In this document: piece by piece, positions 1 to 10,404 of the stretch
How positions within the stretch are numbered: position 1 is the stretch's first letter
Layout of the letters: every line of letters starts with the position of its first letter
Virus record (IMG/VR): IMGVR_UViG_3300020215_000040
Coordinates: 1 to 40,255 of that record
Strand: one strand, 5' to 3'
DNA: 40,255 nucleotides
Source of the DNA: a virus
The notes under the pieces: generated by a model
Database searches by the model: none
Told to the model about the DNA's origin: nothing
What the model saw: only the letters and a program-made list of their open reading frames with translations
Made by a program: the position numbers and the translations under genes

Positions 1-127
1 AGCGTTGTGATTCGAGGTGAACTGAATGGGGCTGAACAAGTCGAGACTGTCACCCTTAATGGCGCAGTGAATGTAAACACTACGAAGTCTTGGGATGTGA
101 TTTATACGTTAGCCAAGGATGTTACCA
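1..127. repeat. Terminal direct repeat, identical to 40129-40255 (closure overlap of a circular sequence)
   Basis: Base-by-base comparison shows 127/127 identity. Confidence 0.95.
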
Positions 128-549
128 CCGGTACCGTAACAGTTACAGGGGTTACAAGTAGCGCAACTTTAGTTGAATTATGGGATGTTGAACGGGAGCG
201 TAAATATGTTCGCATTCGTTTGCTTGATTCTCCAAGTGATACAAGCAAATCCCTTTTAGTTCTTGGGAAGCGCAGATTGCGACAACTTACCAATGACAAT
301 GACACAAGCCTGATTCGAGGCATTGACAATGCGCTCATTGCATACGTGGAAGCCGATATGCTTCAGCGCGAGCGTCAATATGGCAAAGCAGGCGAACGCA
401 AGCAGGAAGCACGCGATTTACTCTTCCAAGCTATCAATCTCCATACGTACCAAACCGGTTCGTTCTCTCAAGTGATACCGGATGATGATGGTGGATATGA
501 CGGCAAACATATTTCAGGCGGTTACTTCTTAGGTAAGACTTACTTCTAA
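1..549 (+). CDS. C-terminal part of the junction-spanning 315-aa virion protein (adaptor / tail-tubular-A-like by position)
   Basis: In frame with the ORF starting at ATG 39730 once the 127-nt overlap is collapsed. It lies directly upstream of the 515-aa tail gene. No diagnostic motif. Confidence 0.7.
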   Translation, partial: SVVIRGELNGAEQVETVTLNGAVNVNTTKSWDVIYTLAKDVTTGTVTVTGVTSSATLVELWDVERERKYVRIRLLDSPSDTSKSLLVLGKRRLRQLTNDNDTSLIRGIDNALIAYVEADMLQRERQYGKAGERKQEARDLLFQAINLHTYQTGSFSQVIPDDDGGYDGKHISGGYFLGKTYF

Positions 550-557
550 GACTCTCC

Positions 558-2105
558 ATGGCAAATTATAATGATGGTTTAGACGATGCTCTGATAACGG
601 ACGGCTCACCGTCATTTAATGGCGGAGTGGATGAACAAGCCGATCCTACGGAGCTTGCACCGAATCAGCTTGCACGTGGCATTAATATCATGGTGACACG
701 CGACGGCGTGCAGACCCGTAAAGGATCAACCATTCTTGGTTCGGGTGCGGTGAGCGCAGGACGAGTTCAAGGTATGGGGGAACTTGATACTTCGACCGTT
801 GAAAAGATTTTAGCTGCGGTCAATGGTGCATTCTTCCAATACAGCGGTGGCTCATGGAGTACCGCGAGTGGATTTACCCCAAGCAGCACTACAGTACAGG
901 TCGAGATTGTTCAAGGCATCGACAAGCTTTATGTGACGGACACGGTTAACAATCTCCGTAGTTGGAATGGGACAACTTTCACAGATCTAGGAACTTCTTC
1001 GCCTAACCCGCCAATCGTCAAATTCATGACGTGGTTTACGAACCGGCTTTTCGCAGTGCCATCCAATTCTGACACAGTTTATGTTTCTGCTGTTTTGAAT
1101 GCTGACGCCGGTGGATGGGATTGGACAAACAGAAGCTTCCGAGTTGGTGGCGGTGAAGGAGACAATATTACATGTATTGCGGGATGGCTAGGGTTCACCT
1201 TGTTAGTTTTCAAGAACAATAGCTTTTATGTGGTCAATGCTGATCCTTCCCAATCGGTGGCAGATTGGACAATCAAACAAGTGTCAAACCGCGTAGGTTG
1301 TGTTGCTCATCGAAGCGGTAAGATGGTTGGTAATGATTTCTTCTTCTTGGCGCGTGATGGTGTAAGAACTGTTCGGCAAACTGAAACGAACTTAGAAGCC
1401 TTGGTAAGCGAGCCTATCTCATGGCCGATTCAACCGCTCATTGACCGTATCAATTGGGGTGCAGCCCATTTATCAAACGCCGAGTATGTAGATAATAAGT
1501 ATTTGCTGTCTGTTCCGATTGATGGGTCTAGCACCCCCAATGCAGTTCTCGTTTATGACACTCGGCTGAAAGCGTGGCTAGGATATTGGACAGGTTGGAC
1601 GCCAATGGTGTTTATGGTCTCACGGCTTGCCAATGAGATTCGTCTTCTGTTTGGGCAAACGGATGGAACGGTTTTTGAATGGGATTACGATGCAGACAAT
1701 GAGTTAGAAGCTACTTTCGACGATAACGGAACGGCTATAGCAACAACTATTGTTACTCGTGGTTATCAACATAACGACATTTTGTCACCCAAGGGTGGAT
1801 GGTGTGTTGAGGCACGTTTTAATAAATCGTTAGCTACTGCGAACTTATACGCAATTATTGATCAAGACAGTGTCGATTTACCTATTGAAACAAGCTTTTC
1901 AACACAAGGTGAAACTAACTCACTACCAATTCCATCTCTACCCTTTGATTTAGCAGTCATTTCAATTCACAAGCGTACATTCGACATTGCGAGCTTAGGC
2001 GAGTTTAGGGAAATCCAATACAAGTTTACAAGTAGTTCAGGGAAGCTGTGCCTCAAGTATATCGCTTCGAATGCTTATCTTAACCCCATGAAATACGAAC
2101 AATGA
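558..2105 (+). CDS. Tail (nozzle / tail-tubular-B-like) structural protein
   Basis: 515-aa ATG ORF between the adaptor-like gene and the ejection proteins. Repetitive beta-strand-rich sequence. The call rests on synteny only. Confidence 0.6.
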   Translation: MANYNDGLDDALITDGSPSFNGGVDEQADPTELAPNQLARGINIMVTRDGVQTRKGSTILGSGAVSAGRVQGMGELDTSTVEKILAAVNGAFFQYSGGSWSTASGFTPSSTTVQVEIVQGIDKLYVTDTVNNLRSWNGTTFTDLGTSSPNPPIVKFMTWFTNRLFAVPSNSDTVYVSAVLNADAGGWDWTNRSFRVGGGEGDNITCIAGWLGFTLLVFKNNSFYVVNADPSQSVADWTIKQVSNRVGCVAHRSGKMVGNDFFFLARDGVRTVRQTETNLEALVSEPISWPIQPLIDRINWGAAHLSNAEYVDNKYLLSVPIDGSSTPNAVLVYDTRLKAWLGYWTGWTPMVFMVSRLANEIRLLFGQTDGTVFEWDYDADNELEATFDDNGTAIATTIVTRGYQHNDILSPKGGWCVEARFNKSLATANLYAIIDQDSVDLPIETSFSTQGETNSLPIPSLPFDLAVISIHKRTFDIASLGEFREIQYKFTSSSGKLCLKYIASNAYLNPMKYEQ

Positions 2106-2503
2106 GAGCCTCGCGTATTGCTGATTTCTTAGTGCAGGAGAAATTGAACCTACCTTGCCGTAATTGGAAGCGGGAGGATTTGGAGTCGTGGATCGATTGG
2201 GCAATTATGCACGGCCACTGCGGGATTGCGATGCATAAGGGTAAGCTGCAAGGGGTCGGCATTGGGCGTCCCATTGGACGCATTGAGGATGGCGGTAGAT
2301 ATTACGCGGTCGATTATCAGGGGCCGATTCTTTGGATTGATTTAGTAGCAAGCGTTCATCCGCATGGAATGAAAACTGTATGGCAGATGGCGCTAGATAG
2401 ATTTGGTCAACGTGAAGCGGTAGCGTTCACTCGCTTTAAGGATAACGTACCGAAAGTTCACGTTTACGCATGGGAAAAACTAAAAAGTAAATTGAGCAAA
2501 TAA
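2102..2503 (+). CDS. Hypothetical protein, weak GNAT-acetyltransferase-like pattern
   Basis: 133 aa with an ATGA overlap to the upstream gene. The stretch GKLQGVGIGRPIG ... ILWIDLVASVHPHGMKTVWQMALDRFG resembles a GNAT core, but only weakly. Confidence 0.55.
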   Translation: MRASRIADFLVQEKLNLPCRNWKREDLESWIDWAIMHGHCGIAMHKGKLQGVGIGRPIGRIEDGGRYYAVDYQGPILWIDLVASVHPHGMKTVWQMALDRFGQREAVAFTRFKDNVPKVHVYAWEKLKSKLSK

Positions 2504-2504
2504 T

Positions 2505-3359
2505 ATGGGATCACCTTCAGCACCTCCGGCACCGCCGCCACCGCAAGCACCGGATTACGCGGCAGCGAATAGAGAAGCAATCGAAGCAGATATAGAAACG
2601 TTAGGGACACGTAAGCGCGTGGAACAAGCTGCAAGGCTTGGTCGTAGCGTTTATGATCCTGATACAAACAAGACTTACGATTTCACAGGATTAGGCGATT
2701 CGGAGCTTGGACGCGAGCAAGCGAAGGTCAATGCCGAAACAGCCGATCTTACAGCTCAATCCATCTTAGATATCCAACGTAAGTACGGTGGAGATTTTAA
2801 TAAGGAAGCTTTGAAACGCCTTGAGGAGTCCGACCCTGAAGGATTTAAGGCCCGCCAAGATTTAGCCAAGCAAGTACGTGAAGACTTACTTTTAGGGAGT
2901 AGCTTGTCGCCCCAAGCGCAAAGGGATGTAGAGGAATATGTACGTGGGGCGCAAGCTGCTAGGGGGAATATCCTTGGTAATGCAGCGACTGCACAAGAAA
3001 CCATGGCTAAGTTTGAGGTTGGAGAGAAACTCAAACAACAACGCTTAGCTAATGCTAGCGGTTATGTTCTTGGTACTCCTCTCACCGCTCAATATCAAAA
3101 TATAAGTGGGGCACAAAACCAAGCGGCGCCATTTCAGCCTACAGCGTATCAGCCCGGTATGGGGTTAAATCCAAATGCAGGTGCTCAAGGTGCTTCATTT
3201 GCTCAAGGCATCTACGGCCAACAAAGTGCAAATTGGAACGCGATGAATAACTACAACGCAAATATCTACGCAAACACATCCAACCCTTGGATGCAAGCGC
3301 TTGGTGTGGTTGGTGGAATTGGTGGGTCTGCTGCAGGAGCTTATTTCGGTAGGAGATAA
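2505..3359 (+). CDS. Internal virion / ejection protein candidate
   Basis: 284 aa. Has an N-terminal proline tract (PSAPPAPPPPQAP), a Q/N/G-rich C-terminus ending GGIGGSAAGAYFG, and lies just before the giant protein. Confidence 0.6.
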   Translation: MGSPSAPPAPPPPQAPDYAAANREAIEADIETLGTRKRVEQAARLGRSVYDPDTNKTYDFTGLGDSELGREQAKVNAETADLTAQSILDIQRKYGGDFNKEALKRLEESDPEGFKARQDLAKQVREDLLLGSSLSPQAQRDVEEYVRGAQAARGNILGNAATAQETMAKFEVGEKLKQQRLANASGYVLGTPLTAQYQNISGAQNQAAPFQPTAYQPGMGLNPNAGAQGASFAQGIYGQQSANWNAMNNYNANIYANTSNPWMQALGVVGGIGGSAAGAYFGRR

Positions 3360-3364
3360 TAAAT

Positions 3365-4219
3365 ATGCCAAGGAATGATTTGATTGAAGGGTTTCGATTA
3401 GGAAACGAGATCGGCAATAGCTTTCAACAAGCAATGATGCAGAGAGAATTGCTGAAGGAACGCAAGCGGCAGCGTGCCTTAGAAGAGGCCATGCTACGCT
3501 ATAAGAACCCCGGAATGTACATCGCACCGGAAGAGAGACCTATAAGTGAGGCTGAATACGGGGAGCTTAAAGGTGAGAAGATTCCGACGGCGGGCCTAAC
3601 TAATTATATGGCTACCGATGACATTCGCGATCTTGGTGGTGGTGCTTACATGAATCAGACACAAGCTGATGCGTTTGATTCAAAAATGGAAGAACGCAAG
3701 CGGCAACAACGAAAGAATGCGATATCGGATGAGCTGTCAATTAAGGAAGAATTTGCAAATGAGAAAGCAGCGGCGGATTTCGATCGAGCGATGAGACTTA
3801 AAGTATTTGAGCAGGATCTTGCGTTGGAACGCGGAGATGCAGCTAGCGCAAATGCATTAGAACGAGAGTTGCAGTTGTTACAGAGGCGTAAGGAGTTGGG
3901 TGTTTATGATAGGACACCTAAAGTAGATAAACCGGTGCTTTCAGAAATAGAATACGAAGCTGAAGATGGTTCAAAGATTCGCGAGAAAATCCCTTCAGAC
4001 AAACTTGATGAGATTATCACCAAGAAGAAAAGTGCTAAGGAGATAGCTAGACTTGAGGAATTAGAATTAAAGGGTAATCCGAATAAACCATGGTTTGGAA
4101 GAAATACAGGGCGAACAGACCAAGAAGAGGTTGAATATCAAGCCCTCATGAAGCGATACGGAAAAGAAAGCCAAAGCAATACGCCAAAGTACCGATCTTT
4201 AGACGAAATCTATAAGTAA
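3365..4219 (+). CDS. Charged coiled-coil internal virion protein candidate
   Basis: 284 aa, E/K/R-rich, with an AGGAG ribosome-binding site upstream. Position is within the ejection-protein block. Confidence 0.6.
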   Translation: MPRNDLIEGFRLGNEIGNSFQQAMMQRELLKERKRQRALEEAMLRYKNPGMYIAPEERPISEAEYGELKGEKIPTAGLTNYMATDDIRDLGGGAYMNQTQADAFDSKMEERKRQQRKNAISDELSIKEEFANEKAAADFDRAMRLKVFEQDLALERGDAASANALERELQLLQRRKELGVYDRTPKVDKPVLSEIEYEAEDGSKIREKIPSDKLDEIITKKKSAKEIARLEELELKGNPNKPWFGRNTGRTDQEEVEYQALMKRYGKESQSNTPKYRSLDEIYK

Positions 4220-4227
4220 TCTATCTA

Positions 4228-7200
4228 ATGGTAAATAGTCCCTTAAAGTGGTCCGAAGTTACAGGTGATCCACGATGGAACGAGGCACCTCCTGAAAAAA
4301 AGAAGGAGATTCTCTCGAAATGGTCGCAAGATGTCTTGCGATATGCAGAAGAATCCGGACAAGAATTGGATGCTGATAAACACCTAACATTTCTAGCCGG
4401 TCAACGCCAATTAATAGACCATCCTATCACTGAGCCTAAAACAGACAAAGAAATTGCTGACAGAATAGCCGCTGACGCAATGGCAAGAGATTGGGGTGAA
4501 GATCCTGACAACCCTGCGCCCGATAATAAGATTGGAACTGTTCGCAGCACAATAGGAAGTATTGGGCAAGGTGCGGCACAAGTTGCTTCATCTGTTCCTA
4601 AATATATTGCAACACTTGCCAAGCAAACAGACCTATTTGGTGAATATGAGGGTAAAGAGGTTAAAGACTTGGCTACTTATAAATTCGGGCAAGCCATTGA
4701 AGACTTATCAAAAGAGTATCTTCCTACAAATCCTAAGCACGAAAGAAAGTTTTTAACAGGAACATTACCATCTGCAATGGGTCAATTGGGTGGCTTTATG
4801 GGAGGTGGTTTAGCGGCCGCTCCATTAAAAACATCACAAATGGGGACAACTGCGCTTCTAGGTGTATCAGCGACCGCCGCCTCTGCTTACGATGAGGCAA
4901 AAGAAAAGGGTGCAACAGAACAGCAAGCACTTGATGTTGCGATGATGACAGCGCCAACCGGCATGCTTGATGTTATTGTTCCTAATCGTTTAGTAGGTAG
5001 CCTATACAAGAAAATAGGCGGACAAGCCACTCACTCCTTATTTAAAGAAGCTTTAAAGGAGGGAACTCTTGAAGGGGCAACAGAAGTTGTTCAGCAAGTT
5101 TTAGGTAATGCCGGCGCTAAGGCTGTTTACGATGAAAATCGCGATTTGCTTGAAGGCATGATTGAATCAGGTGGTGCGGGTGGTATATCGGCAGGTTTTG
5201 CTAGTGCACTTATTAGTGTTGCCACAGGGCGAAGAGTGCGACCTAAAGCGGTTGATAACACGGAGACAGCGCAACAAGAAGAAGTTGTTGAACAGCAACC
5301 TAAAGTTGAGGAACAGGTTAAACCTGAAGTACCAACTTTTGAGAGTCCAAAGGATGAACTAGCTGCTTTAGAAAATGATTCTGATTTTGATTTAAGGGAA
5401 CTTGAAGAACAAGCGACCTCACAGATTCCAACGGAAGAAGAAGTTGCTGTTGAACGTAAGATTTCTTCAGTGGAAAAGGAGCGCCAACCGGCGATTTTTG
5501 CAAGTGACAATCAAGATCAACAAGGATATATTGACGACACCAATGAAGCCAATGTCTCAGAACCTGAACTTTCTTTGTATCGCAAGAGTTCCGGGGTCGG
5601 ACGAAGATCATTACTCCTACAGTACCAACTTGAGCAACTCCCAAGAGCCGAGCGAGTCATTGAAGGCTTGGGCGCAAGAATTGCAAAGGCGTCAGGAGGA
5701 AAGATCAAAGCTGGCGTGGGATATGGATCCAACGGAGACATCGAGCTAGTTGTCGATCCTGAGAGAATTGCTGAGAGTCTTGCCAAGTATGATGATCCTG
5801 TAGCGGCGAAAACTGCTATTCGGGATATCTTTGAAGAAGAAGTCATTCATACAGCCCATGTGTCCGTCTTAAAGGATTTGTGGAAGCAAACAAATTCTAA
5901 GTCAGACTTCAAAGAATTTGTTGATTCCAATCTTGTTTCCTTAGTGGATGAGATGCAAAGACTGTCTGAGTCTTACCGAAAAGCAGGCGATGGCAGAGCC
6001 GACAAGATTGACCAAGCCTTGGTGGATTCTTGGAATATCTACTACGGCAAAGAACACCTTGATAGGCCAAGTGATTTCACAAATGCTCGTGATCTTTATA
6101 AGCATTTACAAAAAAATCCCGTCGAGGTGCCTAAGATTGCCGCTGAAGTAGTCCGGCAAATGGTGCAATTGCGAAAAAACAAGCAATTCACGACAGAGAC
6201 TAGATTTCTTCAGATTTTAAATAAGCTCACCGAATGGGTAAAGGCTGCATTGGATAGAATGAAGATTTCAGCTAAAGCCGCCGGTGATGGAGAAATAGGG
6301 CTTTTGCTAAGGGAAGCTATCGTCAAAACTGAAGCGAAACTAAATGGTATAGAAAAGGTTGCTAAACTTTCAAAGTCTGAAGCTAAAACTAGATTCTTCA
6401 CAAAAGGCTCTGAAGAAATAACTCCACAGTTTCTTACAAAGGACGATAATGAAGGAATTGGTGTAGTTGCTCCAACATGGAAACGTGTACTTCGTGCTGG
6501 TGGTCCTTTTGAATCGGCGGTTGATACACTGAAAAAGGCAGGTGGCAAAGTTGCTGAACTTGGTCGAAGAATTGAAAAATACTACGACGATGAAGTAGCA
6601 ACAGAAGCTGCGATTCGTAAGCCATTCAATGAAATTTTAAGAAGCTTGCCTCGGAAGGAGCGCAAAGCCGCATTGGATCAATTTGAGAAGATCATGGAAT
6701 TAAGGGAGTCTGCAAAATCCTTCGATACTGCGGGTAAAACTCAAGAAGCAACCATTACACGGCAAGAAATGAGCCAATTAATGGGGCGAGTAAACCCTCA
6801 TACACAACAATTACTTGCAGAAGTTGAGCGTATGTTTGAGCGAATGAATGGTGTAAACCAAAAGCTCAAAATTAAAGTGTATGACCCCGTTAAGAAAACG
6901 TTCCGTCCAATTGGTGCAGTTAAGGAATATTGGCCTAGGATGCTACGGAAGGATATTGCAGAGATTCTGCAACAAGGCGGTGACTTAAAGCCCACTAAAT
7001 ACAATGAGTATTTGACGGAATTACAAACCTTCCTAGGTGTGGATCACGTAAAAGCTGAAAAATTCCTTAGAGATTACCGAGATATGGTGAAAACCAACGG
7101 GTTCTTTGGAAATATCGAAGCTGCTCGTGTTGGTAATCTACCGCCAAAATGGTTTGAGTATCGTTTTGAGCGTGTAATCCCTAACTATACAGATCGATGG

Positions 7201-8934
7201 GCGCAACGTGTGGCACAAATTAAACATTTCGGTCAACGCATCGGCAAAGGAGAGATACAAAAAGACATTTTTGATAAGTTAGCAAGTGAGTCCATGAGCG
7301 GCAGGACACGGGCCTTTATTGGTGCTGTTCAAACTAAGATTTACCAAGAGGAGCCGAACACGGCTTGGCATAAATGGATGCAACGCTTGCGTGCTTATAC
7401 CACGGTTTCAAAGCTTGCCAATATAGCCTCAGCAATACGAAACCTCTCCACCATACTTGTAAACACAATGCCGGAATTTGGTGTTATTCCGGGATTACGC
7501 GCGATGGTAAACATCCGAGATAACATCATGAAAGCCGAGGAAGCAGGTGTTCTTAGATCTGATTTAATTGCGGGGATGGCTGAGGCTCGCGAGTTCACCG
7601 AAACGCAAGCAAAGGTAATTTCAGGCGCCCTAAAGTACACCGGCTTTAGTTTGGTAGAAGCTTTTAACCGTTCTCACGCCATGGCTGCGGGGTTAAGTTG
7701 GGCTAGGTTCTCGATTAAGAAGATCGTAAAAGATCCTGATTCAAGAAGCGCACGAATTGCATTAGCTAAGTTGCAAAAGTATGGTGTTGATTGGCAAAAA
7801 CTCAAAGCGGAATTTGATGTGGGTGATTATGGAGTTGAAGCTAAAAAGCTAGCACGTGCAGCCGCGAATAGTACTCAATTCACCTATGATATGCGGCAAG
7901 TTCCCGCATGGATGGAGTCGCCATACGCTAAGTTTTTCTTTCAATTTCAAAAGTTCGGTTTCTCGATGTCGCGTAGGGTGGTTGAAGAAATCATTAAACC
8001 TGCAACCATTGGTTATACGGTAAACGACAAAAAGGTTCGTGATATCCGTCCTGCAGTGATGACATTAGCGGGGGCCATTCTAACAGGTGAAGGCTTACTA
8101 ATGCTTATGTCGATGCTATTCGACAAAGAAAGGCCGGATGCTTCATGGCAAGAAATTAGCGAGACAATGACAGAAGATCAAAGCCGAGCCATGGGTTTAG
8201 CGCTCGAAAGATTGTGGCATGATCTAATTTGGGCAGGTGGTCTAGGTATTGGGGGAGAATGGACAGTTACGTTAATTGAAGATCCGGCTAAGCGGTTGCG
8301 AGGTAAGAATCCTATTGAGCCACCTTCTTTTGGTACAGTTCGCAATGTCTTTGAAAATCTAATTATTCGAGGATATGAGCAAGGTGGTTTAACTTGGCGC
8401 GATTCCGGCAATTTCCTATTCCGTGAGGTACCCGGTATTAGATATGGATGGGCGGGTGCAGCTAAGACAGCCGGCACAATTGGTGCCGAATGGGAAGCCT
8501 CTGAACTTCAACGCAGTCGAGCTGTTCTATTTAAAGCCCGTGCTTCCATGGACAGGTTTTTAGATGAACAAGGAATTGAAAAGCCTGCCATTCTTGGAAG
8601 CTTTAGCCGAACAGAGCGTTCACCATATTACGATAGACTAACGGAAGCTTTAACTCTTGGGGATACCTTGGCGGCAAAAGAGGTTATCTCTGAAATGATG
8701 AACGAAGCTAAGGATAACAAAGATAAAAAGATTATTTTGCGAGCTATCAAATCTAGCGTTTCGTCAAGAGGGCCGTTGAAGGTAGATAAAGAATTACGTA
8801 AGCCTTACTTGCAATGGCTACAAAAACGAGATGAAGCCTTGTATGAGGATTTTCGAGAAGTTTCAAAAACGTATTATCAAACATCTAAAAAGCTTGGACT
8901 TTTATCAACAGATTTAAGTACAGCTATGAAATAA
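4228..8934 (+). CDS. Giant internal virion / DNA-ejection protein
   Basis: 1568-aa uninterrupted ORF, the largest in the genome, with an acidic low-complexity segment near aa 340-440. Its size and position match podovirus ejection proteins. No catalytic motif recognised. Confidence 0.7.
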   Translation: MVNSPLKWSEVTGDPRWNEAPPEKKKEILSKWSQDVLRYAEESGQELDADKHLTFLAGQRQLIDHPITEPKTDKEIADRIAADAMARDWGEDPDNPAPDNKIGTVRSTIGSIGQGAAQVASSVPKYIATLAKQTDLFGEYEGKEVKDLATYKFGQAIEDLSKEYLPTNPKHERKFLTGTLPSAMGQLGGFMGGGLAAAPLKTSQMGTTALLGVSATAASAYDEAKEKGATEQQALDVAMMTAPTGMLDVIVPNRLVGSLYKKIGGQATHSLFKEALKEGTLEGATEVVQQVLGNAGAKAVYDENRDLLEGMIESGGAGGISAGFASALISVATGRRVRPKAVDNTETAQQEEVVEQQPKVEEQVKPEVPTFESPKDELAALENDSDFDLRELEEQATSQIPTEEEVAVERKISSVEKERQPAIFASDNQDQQGYIDDTNEANVSEPELSLYRKSSGVGRRSLLLQYQLEQLPRAERVIEGLGARIAKASGGKIKAGVGYGSNGDIELVVDPERIAESLAKYDDPVAAKTAIRDIFEEEVIHTAHVSVLKDLWKQTNSKSDFKEFVDSNLVSLVDEMQRLSESYRKAGDGRADKIDQALVDSWNIYYGKEHLDRPSDFTNARDLYKHLQKNPVEVPKIAAEVVRQMVQLRKNKQFTTETRFLQILNKLTEWVKAALDRMKISAKAAGDGEIGLLLREAIVKTEAKLNGIEKVAKLSKSEAKTRFFTKGSEEITPQFLTKDDNEGIGVVAPTWKRVLRAGGPFESAVDTLKKAGGKVAELGRRIEKYYDDEVATEAAIRKPFNEILRSLPRKERKAALDQFEKIMELRESAKSFDTAGKTQEATITRQEMSQLMGRVNPHTQQLLAEVERMFERMNGVNQKLKIKVYDPVKKTFRPIGAVKEYWPRMLRKDIAEILQQGGDLKPTKYNEYLTELQTFLGVDHVKAEKFLRDYRDMVKTNGFFGNIEAARVGNLPPKWFEYRFERVIPNYTDRWAQRVAQIKHFGQRIGKGEIQKDIFDKLASESMSGRTRAFIGAVQTKIYQEEPNTAWHKWMQRLRAYTTVSKLANIASAIRNLSTILVNTMPEFGVIPGLRAMVNIRDNIMKAEEAGVLRSDLIAGMAEAREFTETQAKVISGALKYTGFSLVEAFNRSHAMAAGLSWARFSIKKIVKDPDSRSARIALAKLQKYGVDWQKLKAEFDVGDYGVEAKKLARAAANSTQFTYDMRQVPAWMESPYAKFFFQFQKFGFSMSRRVVEEIIKPATIGYTVNDKKVRDIRPAVMTLAGAILTGEGLLMLMSMLFDKERPDASWQEISETMTEDQSRAMGLALERLWHDLIWAGGLGIGGEWTVTLIEDPAKRLRGKNPIEPPSFGTVRNVFENLIIRGYEQGGLTWRDSGNFLFREVPGIRYGWAGAAKTAGTIGAEWEASELQRSRAVLFKARASMDRFLDEQGIEKPAILGSFSRTERSPYYDRLTEALTLGDTLAAKEVISEMMNEAKDNKDKKIILRAIKSSVSSRGPLKVDKELRKPYLQWLQKRDEALYEDFREVSKTYYQTSKKLGLLSTDLSTAMK

Positions 8935-8970
8935 ATTTCGTGAGAAGGGGCGGCAACCACAAGGAAGCCG

Positions 8971-9831
8971 ATGCTCACAACCGGAATATTCAAAGTATGT
9001 AGGTTTGACTACAAAATCAAAAACATAGGTCAGACGATTTATCTACGCCCATTCTCTGATGTCCACCGAGATAGTCCGGCTTGTGATGTGGATAGATGGA
9101 AAGCTTGGTTGGCACAGGCTAAGGCGAATGTTAATAATTCCATTTTCTTGGGATTAGGTGATTATAATGACCTAGCTAGTACAAGTGAGCGTATCATTCT
9201 TGGTACACGCGCCTTGCATGAGTCAACCAAGCAGACGCTTGAAGATGTCTATGATCAGCATATAGAGCGGTTTGCTAAGGAAATTGATTTTATGAAGGGT
9301 CGATTGATTGGGCTAGTGAATGGCAACCACTATGCTGAGTTTTCGGATGGCACCAATAGCGATATGCGCCTTGCCCGCCTCATGAAGACAACATTCTTGG
9401 GGGTGGCTGCATTCATTCGGCTTTACTTCCATTATTATAATAGTCGGATTCACTTGGATATCTTCTGTCACCATGGCAAGGGGGCAGCAAGGATGGTGGG
9501 CGGGTCGCTTAACCGAGTGCAGCAAATGGGTGAGATTGCGGAAGCTGACATTTACCTAATGGGCCATGATCACAAGAAGCCCGCCGCGTTTGTGCCTAAG
9601 CTACGGCTAGAGCATTCTTCTAGGTCGGGGCTAATGCTGAAGCACCGGAAGCAATTGATCGCACGCACGGGATCGTTTTTGAAGGCATGGGAGCCTGAGA
9701 CGCCTTCTTATGTGGTAGATGCTTGTATGGGGCCGTCTGATTTAGGAGTAACAACGATTGAGTTAACTCCTATTATGGAAATCTCAAAGGGTAAAAGAGA
9801 GTTTAGGATTGAGATGAAGGCGACGATTTAA
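8971..9831 (+). CDS. Calcineurin-like metallophosphoesterase
   Basis: All five metallophosphatase motifs occur in order: SDVHRD, GLGDYND, NGNHY, CHHGKG, MGHDHK. Confidence 0.85.
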   Translation: MLTTGIFKVCRFDYKIKNIGQTIYLRPFSDVHRDSPACDVDRWKAWLAQAKANVNNSIFLGLGDYNDLASTSERIILGTRALHESTKQTLEDVYDQHIERFAKEIDFMKGRLIGLVNGNHYAEFSDGTNSDMRLARLMKTTFLGVAAFIRLYFHYYNSRIHLDIFCHHGKGAARMVGGSLNRVQQMGEIAEADIYLMGHDHKKPAAFVPKLRLEHSSRSGLMLKHRKQLIARTGSFLKAWEPETPSYVVDACMGPSDLGVTTIELTPIMEISKGKREFRIEMKATI

Positions 9832-10189
9832 GATTTCTCTCTTCAATCATTTCATGGTTGCGAGCATAGCCGCAAATATCAACAAGGTTATCTCTCTTGT
9901 GTTTATTTCTTTCACGGCTAATCTTCAGCAAAATCATCATTATACAAACTTCCTGTGGGGTTAATGGTTCATTTAATTTTACACCTAAAAATGTTGTCCA
10001 AAATGCAGCAACACGGCCATGATCTTCTGCGGGGTGGCCATAATCAATGTTTCGATCTGTAGATGTAATCTGCGCCGCTTCTTCAAGGATAGTTTTATTT
10101 TGATTCATAGTTTGTTTGTCTCCTAATGCTTCAGCTATGGTTAATTCGCAGTAATCTAGTATTTCTTTACAATTCTTACATTCTGACAT
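9803..10189 (-). CDS. DUF6378-like conserved phage protein
   Basis: 128 aa. The pattern YGHPAEDHGRVAAFW ... LTPQEVCIMMILLKISR ... KRDNLVDICGYA matches my recollection of the DUF6378 family. Its 3' end overlaps the convergent phosphoesterase gene by 29 nt. Confidence 0.6.
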   Translation of the reverse strand: MSECKNCKEILDYCELTIAEALGDKQTMNQNKTILEEAAQITSTDRNIDYGHPAEDHGRVAAFWTTFLGVKLNEPLTPQEVCIMMILLKISRERNKHKRDNLVDICGYARNHEMIEERNLKSSPSSQS

Positions 10190-10404
10190 GGTGCTAATAA
10201 GTTAATCTGCTATTTTCGATTGTGGTTAAAAGTGAAAATAATCCCCGCTGCTCCACTTCTGCAGAGCAACCGCTTAGTTGAAGGATTTGCAACCTATTCT
10301 GTTGGTTGAGCGGCAATCTTTTCTGATCAACGGGGAAAAATTGTCATGTTATGACTTGCCAAATAAGTGCTAGTTGTCAGGTTCTAGTTTGAAATTAATA
10401 ACGC

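Noticed and set aside
5127-5846. Cluster of 100-127-aa ORFs on both strands inside the 1568-aa gene
   Set aside because: They coincide with the acidic low-complexity segment of the giant protein, where GAA/GAG-rich sequence suppresses stops in other frames. There is no independent coding signal.
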